Part shown: positions 26,791 through 35,800 of the stretch, one piece after another | Layout: each line of letters starts with the position of its first letter | How positions within the stretch are numbered: position 1 is the first letter of the stretch | Assembly: GCA_023484085.1 (NCBI GenBank) | Contig: JAMDAS010000002.1 | Location: forward strand, 536-64,535 | DNA: 64,000 nt | Direction of reading: 5' to 3' | Origin: Candidatus Omnitrophota bacterium | GTDB taxonomy: Bacteria; Ratteibacteria; UBA8468; B48-G9; DTJG01 | Notes under the pieces: generated by a model | Seen by the model: only the letters and a program-made list of their open reading frames with translations | Database searches by the model: none | What the model was told of the DNA's origin: nothing | Program-made: the position numbers and the translations under genes

Positions 26791-28418
26791 AAAGAATAAT
26801 AATGGTTTTTTTAACCGTGATTGTTTTAACTGCACCCGGAACTTATTTAAAGGCGCAGAAATTAAGCAATAGTGAAAAACAGGAAATAATCAACAAGGAG
26901 TGGAAACAGCTGATGGGGCAATACCATCAGGCTATAAATAATAAAAAGTTTCAGGAACGGATTAAACAGGAAGGCTATAAACGGACCAATAAACCCGTAC
27001 CGGAGAGTAAAGGTATTCAAAACCCCTGTCCGATAACAAAAGTTATACTGCCGGAGCCTGTTTTTTTAAACAAAATTATGTATATCAACATAGGCTCAGC
27101 GCCATTAAGAATCGTACTATCTGAATTAGCCACACAGCTCGGAGTACCCATAATAACGAAAAGCGGGGTTAACCCTGATATGAACGTACAGGGAAATTTT
27201 AATGGCCAGACAGCAAAAGACGTTCTGGATAATCTTTGTAATCTTCTGGATTACGCCTGGGATGTGAAAAAAGGGAAAATTTATATCAGTAAATTTGGCT
27301 CAGAGATGTTTCAATTATCTGTCCCATATATATCAACGCAATTTTCCAATGAAATAGATTTATCAGCAAACGGTATAACCGGTTATTCGGCAGGAGCGTC
27401 CAGCCCTTATAATAACATGCCTGACACAACAGGCACAGCAGGTAATACATCCACCTTGAATAATAATTCTTCCGGGAATGGCAACTCCGGGCCCAACTCT
27501 TTTGTCCGGATATATGCAGACAAAGTGTCTTTATATGAAAATATAAATGAGAACCTTAAAAGCCTTATCAGCAAAGACGGAAAGTTTGCAATAAACAATG
27601 AAGCGGGAACAATCTTTGTTTTTGACAGGGTACGGAACCTGAAGAGAATTTCAGAATATTTTAAAACCCTGAACAAAACCCTTTCAGAAGAACTTCTTGT
27701 GAAAGCAAAAGTTGTGGAAGTAACGCTTAATAAAGGATTTCAGGGTGGTGTTAACTGGAACCTGCTTACTTCAGAGTCAGGTTTTCAGACAGATTTCAAC
27801 CTGCTCTCATCAGGTCCTGTTTTCCTGCTGCGAAGCAGACAGCCGACTACAACAGGCACAACAACAAACGGAATGGAGGAAATAATCAATCTATTAGGCA
27901 GCCAGGGAAAGATTTCTATTCTTTCAGAACCCCAGATAACAGTCCTGAATGACCAGCCGGCAATTATCCAGATGGCAGACATTGTTTCCTATATAGCCCA
28001 GTCAAGCCAGTATATAACCCAGGTAGGGAGCCAGACAGCCATAACACCAGGGGAAGTAATGGATGGAGTAAACATGACAATAATTCCCAAGATTTCAAAG
28101 CAGGGGATATTTCTTAACGTAATGCCATCCGTAACAATGGTAAAACAGATACAAACCATAAACACGGGAAATGGCACTGAAATCCAGTTACCACAGGTTG
28201 CCTCAAGAGCATTGAACACGTCTATAAGAATTAAGGATGGGGATATTATTGCAATAGGCGGGCTTATTTTTAATCAAAAAGACAAGGAGGAACAGGGAAT
28301 ACCTGTTTTATCAAAAATACCTGTTATAGGGGCTTTATTCAGGCAAAATACAGATACAACAAGCAAAGATGAGTTGCTGATATTTTTAACAGCAAGGAGA
28401 ATAAAGTGGAGTATGTGA
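26787..28418 (+). CDS. Secretin (GspD/PilQ superfamily) outer-membrane channel
   Basis: Signal peptide; N0/STN-like domain (LRIVLSELATQLGVPIITKSG..AKDVLDNLCNLLDYAWDVKKGKIYIS); S/T/N/G-rich linker; N1-like domain; C-terminal secretin domain (ILSEPQITVLNDQPAIIQ ... GGLIFNQKDKEEQGIPVLSKIPVIGALF). The start is at ATG 26787 after AAAGGAGA. Confidence 0.88.
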   Translation: MKRIIMVFLTVIVLTAPGTYLKAQKLSNSEKQEIINKEWKQLMGQYHQAINNKKFQERIKQEGYKRTNKPVPESKGIQNPCPITKVILPEPVFLNKIMYINIGSAPLRIVLSELATQLGVPIITKSGVNPDMNVQGNFNGQTAKDVLDNLCNLLDYAWDVKKGKIYISKFGSEMFQLSVPYISTQFSNEIDLSANGITGYSAGASSPYNNMPDTTGTAGNTSTLNNNSSGNGNSGPNSFVRIYADKVSLYENINENLKSLISKDGKFAINNEAGTIFVFDRVRNLKRISEYFKTLNKTLSEELLVKAKVVEVTLNKGFQGGVNWNLLTSESGFQTDFNLLSSGPVFLLRSRQPTTTGTTTNGMEEIINLLGSQGKISILSEPQITVLNDQPAIIQMADIVSYIAQSSQYITQVGSQTAITPGEVMDGVNMTIIPKISKQGIFLNVMPSVTMVKQIQTINTGNGTEIQLPQVASRALNTSIRIKDGDIIAIGGLIFNQKDKEEQGIPVLSKIPVIGALFRQNTDTTSKDELLIFLTARRIKWSM

Positions 28419-29404
28419 AACAACAAAACAAGTATTTTGTTTTTTGTGAACCCAAAATTCAAAAAGCGGTAAATGAAGAATCCCTGGAAAAAATACAGGA
28501 TAACAATAATTTTTTCTGTTATGAAAAAATTGATGAAGAACTATACCAGGTATTTATTTTGCCTGTATCCGTAATAGATAAGATAAAAAAACAGACAGAG
28601 CTAAGCAAAACAGTTCTTATTCCCTATCAAACCTCTGTAAGAAATCTGCTTACCAATTCAGAACCCGCCCTGTTTCTACACGCTTTAGATGATACAACAC
28701 TTATAATGACAGGCATAAAAGGAAAAGAGGTTTCACAGGCTACCCCGGTTCCAATCAAAAACATAAAAGAAACTGTGAAATTTTCTATCAACGACTATAA
28801 AACAACTTTCAGGTTGGAAAGCATGTCTGTTATTACAAATAGCAGGGATATAGCAGAACAGTTAGAAGGGATAGAGGTAAAGACCATTTCCTTTCCCCAT
28901 GCCCTGCCTGTCCAAAACACACCTGAATTTATTCTTCCCCAACACATTGAATTCAAGAAGACAGAAGCAGAAAACAAACAAATCCGGATGATTGGCGGGA
29001 CAGCTGTATTTGGTGTTTTACTTGCCGTTGCAATTTTTTACCAGAACAGGACAGGACTTACAAAGGTAATACAACAAAGAAACATGCTGCAAAAAAAAGT
29101 GACGATAATGCAGACAGCATATACAAACTACCAGCAGCAGGACACGTCAAAATACTTTTCATCCCGGCAAAAAAACAAAATGGTATCTCTGATTTTAAAA
29201 TTATCACACCTGCCACCGGGATACACTTTTAAGAATTTAAAAATAAAACGGATGCCATCCGGAAATTACATGGCAGATGTTTTTATATCCATAGCTGCCC
29301 CGGGAATGTCTTCACAGCCTTTAAGAATTCTGTTCCCTGAAGGAATAATAGATCCGGTTTTTCAAAACCAGGGGCAAATATATAGAATCAGACTTGGAAT
29401 TTAA
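28406..29404 (+). CDS. Bitopic inner-membrane protein with GspL/PilO(R64)-like architecture
   Basis: GTG start 5 nt after AAGGAGA. About 190-aa cytoplasmic domain, a single TM helix (MIGGTAVFGVLLAVAIFY), and about 120-aa periplasmic domain. The call rests on architecture only. Confidence 0.45.
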   Translation: MEYVKQQNKYFVFCEPKIQKAVNEESLEKIQDNNNFFCYEKIDEELYQVFILPVSVIDKIKKQTELSKTVLIPYQTSVRNLLTNSEPALFLHALDDTTLIMTGIKGKEVSQATPVPIKNIKETVKFSINDYKTTFRLESMSVITNSRDIAEQLEGIEVKTISFPHALPVQNTPEFILPQHIEFKKTEAENKQIRMIGGTAVFGVLLAVAIFYQNRTGLTKVIQQRNMLQKKVTIMQTAYTNYQQQDTSKYFSSRQKNKMVSLILKLSHLPPGYTFKNLKIKRMPSGNYMADVFISIAAPGMSSQPLRILFPEGIIDPVFQNQGQIYRIRLGI

Positions 29405-29406
29405 AA

Positions 29407-30081
29407 ATGAACATAAAGTTTGGGAGATTATACCAAACAGAAAACGGATTCAGGGGTATGCTTGGAGGAGTTCCTGTCCTGGCAAAAAAACAGGAAGACA
29501 GACTGATTATATTATTGGATACCCAAAAAGTAAAAGAAATCTCAGGAAAAGAATTTATCTCTTATCCTCTATTCTATTTTATTCCCCCGGCAAGTATCTA
29601 CAAGGATAAAATCAGGAGAGATATATTAGACGTCAAGATAAACGGCAGTCTGAAAAAAATTCCGGATTTGGTGGAACTACTTATTACAACGTATCACGGG
29701 AATCCGTTACTGTCAGAAACAGACCTGCTTATTCCATGCCCCCATTCTGCGGATAACAAGATAGAACTAACAAGATTATTATGTATAAGTATGGGGGAAA
29801 AAATAGAAAAACCTGCCCTGTTAAATACCCTGCAAAGGACCAGGGATTTTGAGTTCCCGCAGGTGGAATTATCCCCGAAAGAAAGATTAGAAAACGTAAA
29901 AGGGGCTTTTAAAATAATCAATGGCGATGGACTCAGAGGAAAAATATGTCTGCTTGTGGATGACATAATAACAACAGGGGCAACGGCAAATGAATGTACC
30001 AATCTTTTATTGTCCGCAGGAGCGAAAAAAGTATATCTTATCACTCTGGCACAACCCCTTAAAAAATCCTATTTTACCTGA
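29407..30081 (+). CDS. comF: ComF family phosphoribosyltransferase-fold protein (ComFC-like, no N-terminal zinc finger)
   Basis: PRT motif LLVDDIITTGATANEC, preceding ERLENVKGAF. It lacks the 4-Cys N-terminal finger usual in ComFC. Confidence 0.8.
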   Translation: MNIKFGRLYQTENGFRGMLGGVPVLAKKQEDRLIILLDTQKVKEISGKEFISYPLFYFIPPASIYKDKIRRDILDVKINGSLKKIPDLVELLITTYHGNPLLSETDLLIPCPHSADNKIELTRLLCISMGEKIEKPALLNTLQRTRDFEFPQVELSPKERLENVKGAFKIINGDGLRGKICLLVDDIITTGATANECTNLLLSAGAKKVYLITLAQPLKKSYFT

Positions 30082-30376
30082 AAAATTTTATATCTGAAAG
30101 CGGGGTGCCTGTTCTTTCCTCCAACTGGTTTTTTATATCCTGTTTTCTTTTTTTTAATTCCATCATCCATGCAGAGCTTGTTACCCTGATTAATAAAGTT
30201 TTTTTATCCAGCCCTATTACTTCGGTGAATACAGACTCATCAGGGAATAATTCTATCCATATTTTTTCCCAGTCAATAACAGGATTTATCCTTTTAGTTT
30301 CTGTTTCCGTATTATTATTTATGTTTTTTAACACCCTTGCCAGAATTTCGGATATTTTTTCTGTATTATCCACCAT
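30074..30376 (-). CDS. dciA: DUF721/DciA-like protein
   Basis: 100 aa directly downstream of dnaN, with the DUF721 pattern (W..I......T.V..L....LLIRVTSSAWMMEL......I...L). Confidence 0.7.
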   Translation of the reverse strand: MVDNTEKISEILARVLKNINNNTETETKRINPVIDWEKIWIELFPDESVFTEVIGLDKKTLLIRVTSSAWMMELKKRKQDIKNQLEERTGTPLSDIKFFR

Positions 30377-30381
30377 TATTA

Positions 30382-31476
30382 TCAGGGCTTGATGGGCATT
30401 ACTATATATACGTAATTTTCATTTCCTTCAGGAGCTATTTGGGCCGGTTTTGTCGGTTCCGTAAAAGAAAGCCTTATGTTTTCCTCTTCAACAGTTTTTA
30501 AAAAATCTATCAGATATACAGGATTAAAAATCATAGTAACGTCCGGACCTGAATATTCTATCTTGATTTTTTCCTCTCCTAATCCTATATCAGGGCTTTC
30601 AAGGTTGAGAACAAGAAGGTTTTGCCTGAAATGCATGTATAAAGAGTTAAAATTCAGACTTGATAAGAGATTTATACGGGAAAGGGAAGAAAAAAGCTCT
30701 TTTGTGTTTATTTTTGCATAATTGAGCTTTCCTGATGGAAATACCGTGTTATAGTTGGGAAATTCCCCTTCAAGAAGTTGGGATGTTAATAATATCCTGT
30801 CAGTACTGAAACTTATCTGATTTTTTGATACAGCCACTTTCATTTTTTCATCCTTTACAAGGTAGGGGAAAACCTCCAAAAGTTTATAGGGGAGTAAAAT
30901 TTTTAATAAGTTTTTGTTGGATGTTTCTTTTTTTATTAAACCCATACGTCGTGTATCCGTTCCCACCATTGTTAATATTCTGGTATCTGAATTAAACAAA
31001 GCACCCCTGAAATATACACGGGCTTCCTGGGGATTTATACAATAACAGGTTTTTTTAATCATATCTACAAAATCTTCGGAAGATAAAACAAAGGAATTGG
31101 CTTCTGAAGAAATATCCTGCTCCGGAAGCTTGGGGAAATCCTCAATTGACATTGTAAGAAGTTTATATTGAAAATTTTTATTTTCAATTATTAAATAATT
31201 ATCTTTTGTTATCATTTTTATTGAGGATTCAGGAAGTTCTTTTATCAGGGAAATAAAATTTTTCCCTGGAATAAGAATACTGCCTTTTTCCTTGACAGAA
31301 CCTTCCATGAATATTTTTAAGGTTAACTGAAGGTCTGTTGTTGTAAATGATACCCCTTCTTTTTTCGCCTCCATTAAAATTCCGCCCAAACTTACGATTG
31401 GGGGTTTTAAAGGAAGCACTTTACCCATTTTTTCTATAATTCCCGATAATTCTTTTCTTTCTATTATTAATTCCAT
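30382..31476 (-). CDS. dnaN: DNA polymerase III beta sliding clamp
   Basis: 364 aa with three-domain clamp-like periodicity, located directly downstream of dnaA; C-terminal YIVMPIKP. Confidence 0.9.
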   Translation of the reverse strand: MELIIERKELSGIIEKMGKVLPLKPPIVSLGGILMEAKKEGVSFTTTDLQLTLKIFMEGSVKEKGSILIPGKNFISLIKELPESSIKMITKDNYLIIENKNFQYKLLTMSIEDFPKLPEQDISSEANSFVLSSEDFVDMIKKTCYCINPQEARVYFRGALFNSDTRILTMVGTDTRRMGLIKKETSNKNLLKILLPYKLLEVFPYLVKDEKMKVAVSKNQISFSTDRILLTSQLLEGEFPNYNTVFPSGKLNYAKINTKELFSSLSRINLLSSLNFNSLYMHFRQNLLVLNLESPDIGLGEEKIKIEYSGPDVTMIFNPVYLIDFLKTVEEENIRLSFTEPTKPAQIAPEGNENYVYIVMPIKP

Positions 31477-31586
31477 ATTTACTCCTTTTTTTTAAATAAA
31501 TTAAAATATATATTCTTAGTAATATTGTGTAAAAGTTATATCTTGTTGAAATTCATATACTTATAATGTGTGTTTCCTGTGAAGAA

Positions 31587-32879
31587 CTATTCATGTAAGC
31601 TGTTTATTATTTTTTCAATGGACATTTTTAAATAAGAATCTGTTTCCAATTGTGTTTTTAATTTTTTACAGGCATATAAAATCGTTGTATGGTCTTTTCC
31701 TCCAAATTCTTCAGCGATGGCAGTAAGAGACATATCTGTTTTTTCCCTTGCTATATACATTGCTATCTGTCTTGGTACAACAAGTGTTTTTAATCTTCTT
31801 GAGCTTTTTAAATCATGAACGCTGATGTTAAAATAAAAGGCAACCTTTTCCTGTATTTTTTCAATGGTTATGATTTTCTTCTGGGATGAAATAAGATCCC
31901 TGAGATATTCTTTTGTTATGTTTATGTCAAGGGTTTTATTTAAAAGAGATGAGATGGCAATAAGTCTGTTAAGTGCACCTTCAAGAAGCCTGACGTTATC
32001 ATGAATATTTTCAGCTATATAAAAAACAACGTCATCATCCAAAAATATTTTTTTTAATTCACATTTTTTCCGTAAAATCGCAACCCGTGTTTCAAATTCA
32101 GGGGGTTTAAGGTCAGTTACAAGACCCCATTCAAAACGTGAAACAAGTCTTTTTTCAAGGGAAAACAATTCTTTGGGTGGCCTGTCACTGGTAAGAATTA
32201 TCTGTTTTTTCTGGTCATAAAGAGAGTTAAACGTATTAAAAAACTCTTCCTGGGTACCTTCTTTACCTGCTATAAAATGTATGTCATCTATAAGTAGAAT
32301 ATCCAGGGAACGAAAATTATTTCTAAAAGTATTCATTGTTTTTGTCTGGATGGATTGTATAAAAAGATTAACAAAATTTTCACATGGAAGATAGGCTGTT
32401 TTACAGTTATTGGTTTTGATTGCCATGGAACCTATTGCCTGTATAAGATGTGTTTTTCCCAAACCCACGCCGCCATATATGAAAAATGGATTATAGGCTA
32501 TTCCCGGTGACTGGGCGATTGCAATTCCTGCAGCATGTGCCAATTGATTACATTGACCGCGGACAAAATTATCAAAAGAATTTGCCGGATTAAGTTTTTC
32601 ACCAAAATAAAGGGAGGGAGGATTTTTTTTGGATTCCGGGTACGACCACTTTATTTCCATGTTATAACCTGTAATGTTTGATAAGGATTCCCTTAAATCA
32701 TTGATAAAACCGCTGATTCCTTTGTAAAACAATGGATTTGGGATTTCAAGGTATATATAATTATTCTCGATTTTTACAGGTTTGATAGGTTTTATCCATG
32801 TTTCAAAAGCCCTGTCATTTCTTATTCTATCTTTTAAGTTTCTTAACACTAAATCCCAGTTTTTCCACAAGTTATCCAC
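31587..32879 (-). CDS. dnaA: Chromosomal replication initiator DnaA
   Basis: Walker A GGVGLGKTHL, box LLIDDIHF, sensor TSDRPP, C-terminal HTH (DHTTILYACKK). GTG start at 32879. Confidence 0.95.
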   Translation of the reverse strand: MDNLWKNWDLVLRNLKDRIRNDRAFETWIKPIKPVKIENNYIYLEIPNPLFYKGISGFINDLRESLSNITGYNMEIKWSYPESKKNPPSLYFGEKLNPANSFDNFVRGQCNQLAHAAGIAIAQSPGIAYNPFFIYGGVGLGKTHLIQAIGSMAIKTNNCKTAYLPCENFVNLFIQSIQTKTMNTFRNNFRSLDILLIDDIHFIAGKEGTQEEFFNTFNSLYDQKKQIILTSDRPPKELFSLEKRLVSRFEWGLVTDLKPPEFETRVAILRKKCELKKIFLDDDVVFYIAENIHDNVRLLEGALNRLIAISSLLNKTLDINITKEYLRDLISSQKKIITIEKIQEKVAFYFNISVHDLKSSRRLKTLVVPRQIAMYIAREKTDMSLTAIAEEFGGKDHTTILYACKKLKTQLETDSYLKMSIEKIINSLHE

Positions 32880-32880
32880 A
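32861..32880 (+). promoter_or_regulatory. Tandem DnaA boxes overlapping the dnaA start codon
   Basis: TTTTCCACA (32861-32869) fits the relaxed consensus TTWTNCACA. The perfect box TTATCCACA (32872-32880) follows after 2 nt in the same orientation. Confidence 0.6.
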
Positions 32881-32897
32881 ATTCCTCCACATCATAT

Positions 32898-35800
32898 TTA
32901 TCCAGTGACGTTTTTACCACAGCAATGTTTATATTTTTTACCGCTACCACAGGGACAGGGCTGATTTCTTCCGGTTTTTTGTGCGGATTTTACAGGCTGT
33001 CCTACAGGTTCAGGAATGTTAGGGGCAACAGGAACGGATTCCTGTACCGGATGGCCTGATTCCTGTGACTGGATAGATTCAAACTGGCCAAATTCCTGGT
33101 GAACAAAAACCGAGGGGGCAAAAATCTTTTTAGGTTTTTGTATTTGCTCAAAAGGTGCCGCCTGTATTTTGAAAAGAGCAGAAAGAATCTCTATTTTTGC
33201 TGAAGTAAACATCTGCTCAAACATTAAAAACGCCTCCTGTTTGTATGCAACAAGAATGTCTCTCTGTGCATAGGAGCGAAGATTAATTCCTTCTCTAAGA
33301 GCATCTATTGACCGTAGATGCGATTTCCATTTTGAGTCAACTTCCTGTAAGAAGACGTATTTGATGATTTCTTCAAACAAAGGGCCGGACTGTTCTTTTT
33401 TCCTGTTAAATAATTCCCTGGATTTTTTCTTTGCTTCCTCCATAAGATTATCCCTCCAGAAAACCTGTTCTTTTGTATCGCCAGGTATGGAAGAATCAAT
33501 CTCTATGCCAAAAGTGGTTTTTAATATACCTGAAAGCTTTTCCGGGTGCCACTCCTCTGTTTTTGTTTTTTCGTTCATGAATTCATTGAAAAAATCATCT
33601 ATGGTCTCATCTATAAAAGTCAAAATATACTGTTCTATGTTGACAGTACTCTCTAAAATATCCCTTCTCAACTGGTATATAACCTTTCTTTGCTGGTTTA
33701 AAACGTCATCAAAATCAATAAGATGTTTTCTTATTTCAAAATTTCTTCCCTCAACACGTTTTTGGGCCATGTTAATCTGTTTTGTTATTATAGGATGCGT
33801 GATTTTTTCACCCTCAGGAAGTTTTCCCATAATACCCATAAGTCTTTCCGAGCCAAAGATACGAAGCAGGTCATCCTCAAGAGAAAGATAAAAACATGCA
33901 GAACCAGGGTCTCCCTGCCTGCCTGCGCGGCCTTTTAATTGATTATCCACCCGGCGTGCCTCGTGTCTTTCTGTTCCCATGATGTGAAGTCCGCCTAATG
34001 AAACTACCTTTTCATGGTCTTTTTCCCATGGTTTTAAATTTTTTTCAAGAGTTTCGTTAAATATAATTCTAAACTCTTCAGGACTTTTTTCCATTTCCTC
34101 CCTTGCTGTTTTCCATTCCTCTTCCGTCGCACCGTGTTTTTTCTCATACTCGTCCCTTGCAAAAGAAAGCTCCTTTTCATATTGAGAATGTAGATTTTCA
34201 TAATCTTCAAGGGCTCTGTTATAATCTTTTTTTCTTTCAGAATAATCTTTTCCACCAAAGAAAGAAAAAAGGTTTGTTTCCAAAGCATCCAGTCCATAAA
34301 TAAAATTTTTATATTCTGCCTGAAAGTTTACAAGAAAATCCCTGACAAATTCTTTGCCCTGCTCAACGTTTAATTCAAAAACTTTTTTTCCTGCATCTTC
34401 AAGAAAATCCATGAGTTTTTTACTCCGCCCGGAAAAATCCTTGAATGAGGCGGAATTTTTGATTTCATCCGTAAGGACAGGGGTAATGCTTTCCTTGTAG
34501 CCCTTTATGCATAAAAGCAGTTCCTCAACGAGCTGCTCTAACTCTTTTTTTAAAAAAGGTATTTTTTCAGGAGGATTTTCACAGAGAAGAATAATCTGGT
34601 TTGTTTTTTCTTCAATGTCTTTTCTTATAAAGATTCCGGCATTTTTTCTTATAAACTCTTTTGAACCTTCGTAATCACGGTATGTTTTGCTTAATGCCTC
34701 TTTGAATTCTTTTAATTGTTCAGGTTTTTTTTGATATTCAACCTGTGCTTTTTTAAGCATGTCATCAGCTTCCTGGTGTTTTTCCTTTAGTTTTAAAATC
34801 CTGGGTTCGGCACGTAAATATTCTTCACCTGCTTTTGCCATAAAAATACTTCTTTCCATGTCTTCTCTTGCTTTTTTGTCTGTTTCTGCAAAATTGTTTT
34901 CTTTTTCTGTAAGAAAGCCTTTTGCTTTTTCAAGAGAAGGCAGGAGCTTTTTCTCAATATTATCCTGGGTCTTTTTATAGGCATCTTCTATTTCATTTAA
35001 AATCTCATGAAATAGTTTTATCTTCGTTTGTGTTTTTGTTGTCGTTTTTGATTTTTGGGACCAGATGGTTCTTATTGTTTCCTCCCTGGCAAGAACTTCA
35101 GGGTTTCCGCCAAGAATGATGTCTACGCCTCTTCCTGCCATCTGGGTTGCTATTGTAACTGCTCCGGGTTTTCCTGCCTGTGCTATAATGGCTGCTTCTG
35201 CCTCGTGATTTTTCCCGTGAAGGACCTGGTGCGGGATGTTTTTATGTCGCAGCATTCTGCCTAATTTTTCTGCTTTTTCTATGGAGACAGTCCCCACGAG
35301 AACAGGTCTTGCGTTTTTATACATCTGTTCTATTTCATTCACCACTGAATTAAACTTTTCTTTTTCCGTTCTATATATCTCATCGTTGGATTCCGCTCTT
35401 TTTAATGGTTTATTTGTTGGTATGGCAATTACGTTTAGTTTATAGATTTCCTTGAATTCGGAAGCTTCCGTAAGTGCCGTGCCAGTCATACCTGCAAGTT
35501 TTTTATAAAGTCTGAAATAATTCTGGAAAGAAATCGTGGCAAGGGTCTGGTTCTCACTTTCAATACGGACGCCTTCCTTGGCTTCTACTGCCTGGTGGAG
35601 CCCGTCGCTCCATCTTCTGCCGGGCATGAGCCGTCCTGTAAATTCATCCACAATTATTACCTCGCCATTTTTTACAACATAATCCTTATCTCTCCTGGAA
35701 TAGGTGTGGGCCCGGAGTGATTGATTGATAAAATGAATAATGTCTGTATGGGCTCCATCATAAAGATTTTCTATGTTAAGGAACCTTTCACATTTTCTCA

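Noticed and set aside
29394-29609. 71-aa ORF overlapping the start of comF in another frame. Also the N-terminal extensions in the ORF track (2461, 4061, 7842, 13029, 20907, 26742, 52385, 53470, 59070, 60994, 62689).
   Set aside because: Internal ATG, GTG or TTG codons with good Shine-Dalgarno spacing and family-typical N-termini lie downstream. The extensions overlap upstream genes or repeats and add non-conserved-looking residues.
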